Assembly (NCBI GenBank): GCA_964016885.1
Contig: OZ024742.1
Location: forward strand, 350,672,001 to 350,736,000
Direction of reading: 5' to 3'
Length of the DNA stretch: 64,000 nucleotides
Origin: Eledone cirrhosa
Lineage: Eukaryota
Shown: positions 55,791 to 64,000 of the stretch, piece by piece
Layout: each line of letters starts with the position of its first letter
Position numbering within the stretch: position 1 is the stretch's first letter
The notes under the pieces: model-generated
Databases searched by the model: none
What the model was told of the DNA's origin: nothing
The model's input: the letters and a program-made list of their open reading frames with translations, nothing else
Program-made: the position numbers and the translations under genes

Positions 55791-56682
55791 TTTATTTAAG
55801 TCTAAGCTGTGGTAGTGTTATGGATATCTTTAAACTTTAAACTCAGCAGCAATTATAAAACTTCTATATCATCGGTTTCTACGGAGTTCCTTTTTACCAA
55901 ATTGTTCTCGAAATATGGGATATAAAACATTTCGACGGTGCCACCCCATGTGACTGAAAAGAAAAGAGCGCCTTTCAGCCACCAATGTCTTAACCACACA
56001 TTTGTATCTACAGAATACAGAGTTGAATATAGCTAAAATGTCTAATGATGCAAACTATTTAATCACCTTTAATAAAGCGTTTCTCATGATTCTCATGATT
56101 CGGTAAATATGTAAAAATGAAAATGGCAAGATATATATTCATATATATTTTACAGTGAAAGCTGTAAGTAAATTATTAATGTATATGGAAATTAATACAA
56201 GCCATCGTATGATATTTTATTAAATTATTCATAGGAATATATACACGTTTATATGTGTGTGGTTGGAGGCAAAATACACAATTGTTATACATTCATATAA
56301 TTGATAAATGGAACATTACTTTTGTCTTGGCTGGGTGTAGCTAGCAAGTACAGGTATAACGTACAGCTTATTGATATATTCGATTGAGAGACATTCCTTT
56401 ATGTTATATTCTAGATGCACTTACGTATGTGATAGAATTGACCCAAAAGAGAAGAAATAAAAGTGGATATACTTTAAAATAAGATATTGATATCTAACAC
56501 ATGACATCACTTAATATATATATGCAGATACTTCACCTATATACTTCGTGATGTCCAAATACCCTCTTATATAATCAGCTTCTATGCCTTTGTTCACAAT
56601 ATGTCATTAGGGAATATGTGGTTACCCTGAAGATTAAGGACCGTACTGATTTTCAGTGTGTATATATATATATATATATATA

Positions 56683-56747
<65 letters not shown>

Positions 56748-56750
<3 letters not shown>

Positions 56751-57190
56751 TACAATATATTAACAAATGGAAAGTATATTTATAAAACCATATTTATTTT
56801 ATTATACATATTTCAAGCGCCACCAGAGCAAACTATGGTTCGCTTTCATCAGATAAAATATAATATAGGTTAGTTTTATAAATAAATATTGACATACCCT
56901 TAACAAATGCAACCATTTTCAGAGAATGGAGAATGGTTGCGTTTTTTAAGGTATGTCAATATTTATTTATAAAACTAACCTATATTATATTTCATCTGCT
57001 GAAAGCGCACCATAGTTTGCTCTGGTGGCGCTTGAAATATGTATAATGACATAAATATGGTTTTATAAATATAGTTTCTATTTGTTAATATATTGTATAT
57101 TTACTCCAATAATTTGTTGAGTGTTTTATATCAGTTATGAAAATATTTTGCTTGTTGTATCCAAAAAAATTAAATATAACCTCTACATAT
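56748..57190. mobile_element. Fold-back palindrome of family H5 (arms about 170 bp, 8-nt spacer), HHRs at 56795-56860 (-) and about 56988-57052 (+)
   Basis: Minus strand: tattttat-CTGATGA-aagcgaacca...tggtggcgctt-GAAA-tatgta-TA-ataaaata, with a perfect 8-bp stem I. Flanked by (TA)n. Confidence 0.82.
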
Positions 57191-57269
57191 ATACATATAT
57201 ATATATATATATGGAGAGAGAGCGAGAGAGAGAGCGAGAGAGAGAGCGAGAGCGAGAGCGAGAGAGAGA

Positions 57270-57335
<66 letters not shown>

Positions 57336-58659
57336 TTGGCCTCGTCATCTACACTTTATTGAAGCAATTGAATTCAGTAACAGTAATTATCCAAAGCATC
57401 CGCTAAATATATAGAACTGTGCATATTTGGCAGTTGTGGCAACTCTTTTATATATATTCATAGATACATGGTTTGGAACTTCAGATATGAAGATACAAGG
57501 CAATGGCAATTGTCTGTCATTAGCATCATATTTTCCTCAACTAACGTAAATACGACTGCAAACCAGAAAGTCTGGAGTTTCGTCGATCCAAAATTCAATC
57601 GTACACATTTAATATACATTCAGTTTTTAGACTAACGGTCTTAATTTGTTTCTTCAAATGCTTATATTATAAGCGAAAGAGTATATATAATATAAATAGT
57701 AAAAATTGTTAGACGCATCTACTAATGGAAATACTATTAAACAAAATTTCGATCTATTAGTAACTTTAATATTCCGCTATCACATCAACTATTATATATT
57801 ATAGACTCATTTCATGGTATTATAATTGACAATTTCCGAGCTAGATAATCAGCCTGAGGCTGTTAATACCTCCAGCTGTTAATGGATAACAGAAAATGTA
57901 TATAGAAAAGAATAATGAAAACCAAGCTGTGCTGATTACTTGGAATATATTGAACAAGAGAATCGAACAAAATGCCTTGAGGCAATCTGTTACATCAGAA
58001 TTTAAATCTCACCTGGGACAATCAAACTAAGTATCAGTAATTTCCTGGAGTCAATTTATTCAAATATGTTTGTTTCTTACCAATATATGGCATGGGTTTC
58101 AAACAATTTCAAGAACATGCTTACAGTAAAATGAGAGGCGAATATATACATTTATTGTGGCATTTGTTCAGGACTATTGAACTCTGTGTTGAAAAACTGT
58201 CGAGGTCAAACGTGTCTTTCTTTCAAGATCGATAAAGTACCTGTACTGGGACACTCCTTTTTCTCCTCCACTTCCACTACCACACGTACCACGTGATTCT
58301 CCTCCACATCTTCCTCCTCTCAAATTGTATCTTTATTTCAAAAGCTATGACTTGTCACGTGTTACGCTGAATCTGTCTGAGAATTTTTATAATCAGTAAC
58401 ATAATTTTGAAATAATCAGTAACATAAAAGTTAAAGCCACCGGAGAGAATTAGCTTAATTGAATACAAAATGAATGTGAATCGTCGAGACCAACCGAGAG
58501 GCAAAACATACTGAATAATCGGATATAAATTTCAAACTATGTTACAGCTTTGAGGTTATCTAATCTCCTACCCAACAGAAGTGCAGGAAATATGCAGCAT
58601 GTTGATGAATGTCCTCTCTGTGTAATGATATAAGGGATGTATCTTGTTCAGGCCTTTAA

Positions 58660-58878
58660 CCCTTTAGTATTTAAACCATCCATATCCGGCCATAATTCCC
58701 TCACCTCTTTCTGTTCAAACCAGCCATAACCAGCCACTCATACCAGTATTAAGATATTGTGTTCAAAATAAATAAGATAAAAATTTCAAATATTCGATAT
58801 TATGTGGGATAATTATGAGATAAAGCGTTTAACATAAAAATACAATAGTAAATACAGTGTAATGTAAATGCTAACGAG
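58660..58878. mobile_element. piggyBac-like MITE
   Basis: TTAA|CCCTTTAGTATTTA ... TAAATGCTAACGAG|TTAA: TTAA duplication and 11/14 TIR match. Confidence 0.7.
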
Positions 58879-59964
58879 TTAAATAAAGATAGTTTAGTTT
58901 ATTGTTTTAATGCAGGAAGGTATTCGAAAAATATAATTCATGATAGATGCATGGTATGGTGTAAACACTATAAATATATTTTACATCTACCTTGTACAAA
59001 TGATTTCTTCGTGTACAGTTAACGCAACTCGCAAACAGAATCATCGTAATAGAACATGACAAAGTTGCATCAATGAATTTCATTGTACAGAAATGCAGAG
59101 TCCATGGCAAGAAACACAATGGTACTCTGTTTACCCACAATTGAATAAAGGGTAAAAGTGGTCAAACTGGATTTAAAATTTGGACCTAAAAATCTACACC
59201 CAGTATCCCAAAGCATGCTACCCAATGCGCAAATTATTGTAGGAATACACCGGCTTAGAATTATATAATGTACTCAAGATTGATTGGCAGTGATTTTTTG
59301 TAAGGAATATAGGATCTGCTTAAATTTCCAGTTGTATATATATATCAATTGCTTTAATAGCCATATTTTAAAAAAAATCATTCAAGTCTGTCTAGCCTTA
59401 TATGAATATTGATAAGTATGTATGAAATATTTGATGTTTCCTACGCTTACGTATCAACGGAGGAGAGACAGTGAGTCTTGTGAAAATAATACGTCCAATC
59501 TGATAGAAAAGAAAAATAAACCTTTGTAATTGTATGTATATGTTAATTTTTATTATCGACCTCTAGCAAAATTTGAACTCTGAACGTATTGTAAAGAAAG
59601 TGGATGTTATAAATCATCTCGGCCATTTTTTGTCAACATAACCGAACCGTAAACAAATACATTAGACTTTAAACTGTCATGTAACAAATGTTTTCATTTT
59701 ACGTATTCCATGAATTGATGAGTTAACCAGTTCTAATTAATCACGTTGAAGAATCTGGCTGATCAACTACCAACGATTAATCATTGTCTTTCAACTAAAG
59801 TTTATCTTTAAATGAAACAACCAACATTTCTTTTTCCTGTATATTATAGAAAGTCTGTTCATGTTATTGTAACTTAAAATTTATTTTTCTTCGAAAGAAA
59901 TATAAAATTTTCTAAAAGTTGAAACATATTTATATGTGAGTGAATGGATTTGTACATATACTTC

Positions 59965-60285
59965 GATATGTGTATATGTGTGCGTATGTGGGTACATTTG
60001 TATATGTGTGTATGTGTGTATGTGTGTGTATGTGGGTACATTTGTATATGTGTGTATGTGTGTATGTGTGTATGTGTGTATATGTGGGTACATTTGTATA
60101 TGTGTGTATGTGTGTATATGTGGGTACATTTGTATATGTGTGTATGTGTGTATGTGTGTATATGTGGGTACATTTGTATATGTGTGTATGTGTGTATGTG
60201 TGTATATGTGGGTACATTTGTATATGTGTGTATGTGTGTATGTGTGTATATGTGGGTACATTTGTATATGTGTACATTTGTATAT
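59965..60285. repeat. Compound minisatellite: TATGTGGGTACATTTG plus variable (TATGTGTG)n, about 8 units
   Basis: Directly visible. Confidence 0.92.
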
Positions 60286-60481
60286 GCACGTTTGTGCATC
60301 GTTTGAATGGACGGTAACAGAAAACAGCCGATCAAATTGAGAAATATTACATCTACATGACCATACATCAGAATGGAGTCATTCATATCACTAGAATACG
60401 CCTACTTCCATTGATTTTGTATTTCTATAAATACTCAGGATGTTTTGAATTTGATTCGCAAGAAATAAAGGTACACTTTAT

Positions 60482-61358
60482 ACTATACCACCGACATCGT
60501 GACTATACCACCGACACCGTGACTATACTACCGACACCGTGACTATAACACCGACACCGTGACTATACCACCGACACCGTGACTATACTACCGACACCGT
60601 GACTATACAACCGACACCGTGACTATACCACCGACACCGTGACTATACCACCGACACCGTGACTATACCACCGACACCGTAACTATACCACCGACACTAA
60701 CTATACCACCGACACCGTGACTATACCACCGACACCGTAACTATACCACCGACACTAACTATACCACCGACACCGTGACTATACCACCGACACCGTGACT
60801 ATACCACCGACACCGTGACTATACCACCGACACCGTAACTATACTACCGACGCCGTGACTATACTACCGACACCGTGACTATACCACCGACACCGTAACT
60901 ATACCACCGACACCGTGACTATACCACCGACACCGTGACTATACCACCGACACCGTGACTATACCACCGACACCGTAACTATACCACCGACACTAACTAT
61001 ACCACCGACACCGTGACTATACCACCGACACCGTAACTATACCACCGACACTAACTATACCACCGACACCGTGACTATACCACCGACACCGTGACTATAC
61101 CACCGACACCGTGACTATACCACCGACACCGTGACTATACCACCGACACCGTGACTATACCACCGACACCGTGACTATACCACCGACACCGTAACTATAC
61201 TACCGACGCCGTGACTATACTACCGACACCGTAACTATACCACCGACACCGTGACTATACCACCGACACCGTAACTATACCACCGACACCGTAACTATAC
61301 CACCGACACCGTGACTATACCACCGACACCGTAACTATACCACCGACACCTTAACTAT
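60482..61358. repeat. 20-bp minisatellite (GTGACTATACCACCGACACC), array 1
   Basis: About 44 head-to-tail units including 18-bp variants. Confidence 0.97.
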
Positions 61359-61526
61359 TGTGGTAAAATGTAATGTATCCTAGTTGGATAGTTCATTGAC
61401 ATAGACGTGAGGGAAGGTCCCTCGTCTATTTACCATTTTGTGTTTGTGAGAATTATAACAAAGTGAGTGAGTGTGTGCGCAAACAAGACAATAACCACAA
61501 CGAGAGTTAAGTTCAACAATTGTAAA

Positions 61527-61690
61527 TAATTGTTTCTACGTTTGTGCATTACTGGTACTTTTATTTTATCGACCCCGTAAGGATGAAAGGCAAAGTTAAC
61601 CTTGGCGGGATTTGAACTCAGAATGGCAAGGGCCGTAACTCTATACGTCAAAGCATGGCGTCCGACCCTCTACCAATACTGCCAATCCAC
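61527..61690 (-). mobile_element. SINE family A
   Basis: Reverse complement of family A, inside the spacer between the two minisatellite arrays. Confidence 0.88.
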
Positions 61691-61967
61691 AAATAATGTT
61701 GGTTTATTTATACTACAAATGGAACGTACCAAATGCTGACGTGGTCAGTTGTGGTGAACGGAACGTATTACCATTACACAAGTATTGTGGGGTTTATTGT
61801 TTGCTGTTCCCTTGGCTGCTTTCTGTGGCGTGGTACAGAGGCTGTTTTCTGGCGTGTGATCAGTCTGCTTTCTCGTGGCTGTCTGTTTACTCCTCGCGTT
61901 CTCAGCCAGCGGGAGATAACTAGGGTTGTTCTATTATACTGGCAAGAGGCGTGAGGCGTCTAACTAC

Positions 61968-62848
61968 ACTATACCACCGATACCGTGACTATACCACCGA
62001 CACCGTGACTATACTACCGTCACCGTAACTATACCACCGACCTAACTATACTACCGTCACCGTAACTATACCACCGACACTAACTATGCCACCGACACCG
62101 TGACTATACTACCGTCACCGTAACTATACCACCGACACTAACTATACCACCGACACCGTAACTATACCACTGACACCGTGACTATACCACCGACACTAAC
62201 TATACCACCGACACCGTGACTATACCACCGACACCATGACTATACCACCGACACCGTAACTATACCACCGACACCGTAATTATACCACTGACACCGTGAC
62301 TATACCACCGACACCATGACTATACCACCGTCACCGTAACTATACCACCGACACTAACTATACCACTGACACCGTGACTATACCACCGTCACCGTAACTA
62401 TACCACCGACACTAACTTTACCACCGACACCGTGACTATACCACCGACACTAACTATACCACCGACACCGTGACTATACCCCCGACACCGTATCTATACC
62501 ACTGACACCGTGACTATACCACCTACACTAACTATACCACCGACACCGTAACTATACCGTCGACACCGTGACTATACCATCGACACTAACTATACTACCG
62601 ACACCGTAACTATACCACTGACACCGTGACTATACCACCGACAGCGTAACTATACCACTGACACCGTGACTATACCACCGACACCGTGACTATACCACCG
62701 ACACCGTGACTATACCACCGACACCGTGACTATACCACCGACACCATGACTATACCACCGACACCGTGACTATACCACCGACACCATGACTATACCACCG
62801 ACACCGTGACTATACCACCGACACCGTAACTATACCACCGACACCGTA
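61968..62848. repeat. 20-bp minisatellite, array 2
   Basis: Same unit and orientation as array 1, with additional variants. Confidence 0.97.
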
Positions 62849-62949
62849 GTATAGTTTGTTTTACTGAGTTAGATATTGGATGCGGTAAGTTTCGACTTTT
62901 CTCAAATGGCTTCAAGAGACAACTTTCAAATCAGAAAATGGGTGTTGAT

Positions 62950-63292
62950 AGATAAGCAGATCGAGTGACAAGTCAGTCAATCATATTGGTGGTCTCCTCA
63001 CAGCCGCGGAGGACAGAATGGAGAAGGCGTTTCTCCGGAGGACGGCAAGGGAGACGCGCTGGAAAAGCAATTGCAGTTCGCGAGGCTCACACCTGCGGCT
63101 GGCCAGCTCAGCGCCTATGGTGATGAGTAGGGAGGTAGCCTAGGACCAAGGACACCAGAAGTCTCCACTGCCAAGGGTACAACAGCAAACCTGTTGGAGA
63201 GCGACCGGTATTTGAAGAGTTTGGCCTCCTCAGCCCGACCTGCAGCAGAACCTGGGTTAGTCGCAGACTGCACCAGTTTGCGGCTGGAGAAA
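62950..63292 (-). mobile_element. 5'-truncated CRE-like LINE copy
   Basis: LVQSATNPGSAAGRAEEAKLFKYRSLSNRFAVVPLAVETSGVLGP is homologous to the 51.5-kb ORF. Confidence 0.85.
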
Positions 63293-64000
63293 TGGGTGTT
63301 GATGGGGGAACTAGTCACTAAAGAGGAAAATCAATAGCAAGTTGAAGTAAATATTTAAATGTGTCCCGTCGCTGACCTCCATGTTAACGCTATCGTTATT
63401 CATTCAGTCCGTTTGGACTAAGAAGCGGATTGCCCTCGGAGTTCTGCACACCAGGCTCATATCATTGGGGAGGCTGAGATGAAAGTTACTGAATGTCGTT
63501 AGCCCCAGGGAATACTATATATAACGTATAAATAAAACATGAAAAAATTTGAAAAATATTGGACAATCAAAGCAAAAGTGTTTGGAGTAGAAATTTGTTG
63601 AAACGCATGGGGAATATTCCAAAATAATATTGAAGTAGGCTAGTTTGACAGAACGGATGATTGCTATATAGTCTTGTAAAATAAGAAGGTGCTTGATGTT
63701 GGATGTATGGTTCAAAGAAATATCTCCCGTAATTGGATTTTTTGAAATGTATATTCCTTCACTAGATATTGAATTCCTTTAAAAAAATCTCATCGATATT
63801 GCAAAGATTTTATATAACTTCAAAATCAGACTCTCAACTCTAGTGAGGGAGAGTGTTTTGTTTGACAATCAAAACAACTTTCAATTATTGATCAGTGACG
63901 TATTTTTCAAGTGAAAGAATTTCATTCTGTCTGTCAAATACGAATAAAGAAGGATAACAAAACAAAATGTCGAGGTTCCTATGACCCAGACAAAAGAAAT

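Noticed and set aside
60482-62848. CRISPR-like regular repeat
   Set aside because: Units are head-to-tail with no unique spacers, there are no cas genes, and the context is eukaryotic.

Overview
Very AT-rich, microsatellite-dense, gene-poor animal DNA. The SINE families and (TA)n load suggest an octopus-like cephalopod (inference). Almost all ORFs in the supplied track are microsatellite or repeat read-throughs. One convincing host exon is present (minus strand, 16673-16806), encoding the N-terminal half of a Dpr/DIP/zig-8-like Ig domain, so most of the window is probably intron or flank of that gene. The rest is tRNA-derived SINEs, truncated RTE and CRE-like LINE ends, Tc1/mariner, pogo and piggyBac remnants, and minisatellites. 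The main observation is about ten unrelated short repeat families that each carry a minimal type-I hammerhead ribozyme (HHR) fold: stem I, CUGANGA or the covariant UUGANAA, stem II, GAAA, a short and often palindromic helix III, then NUH. They typically end in (TA)n tracts and repeatedly occur as fold-back inverted pairs (up to a near-perfect 436-bp palindrome) or tandem pairs. Penelope-like (PLE) RT and C-terminal remnants lie nearby. All folds and alignments were done by eye and no activity is demonstrated.
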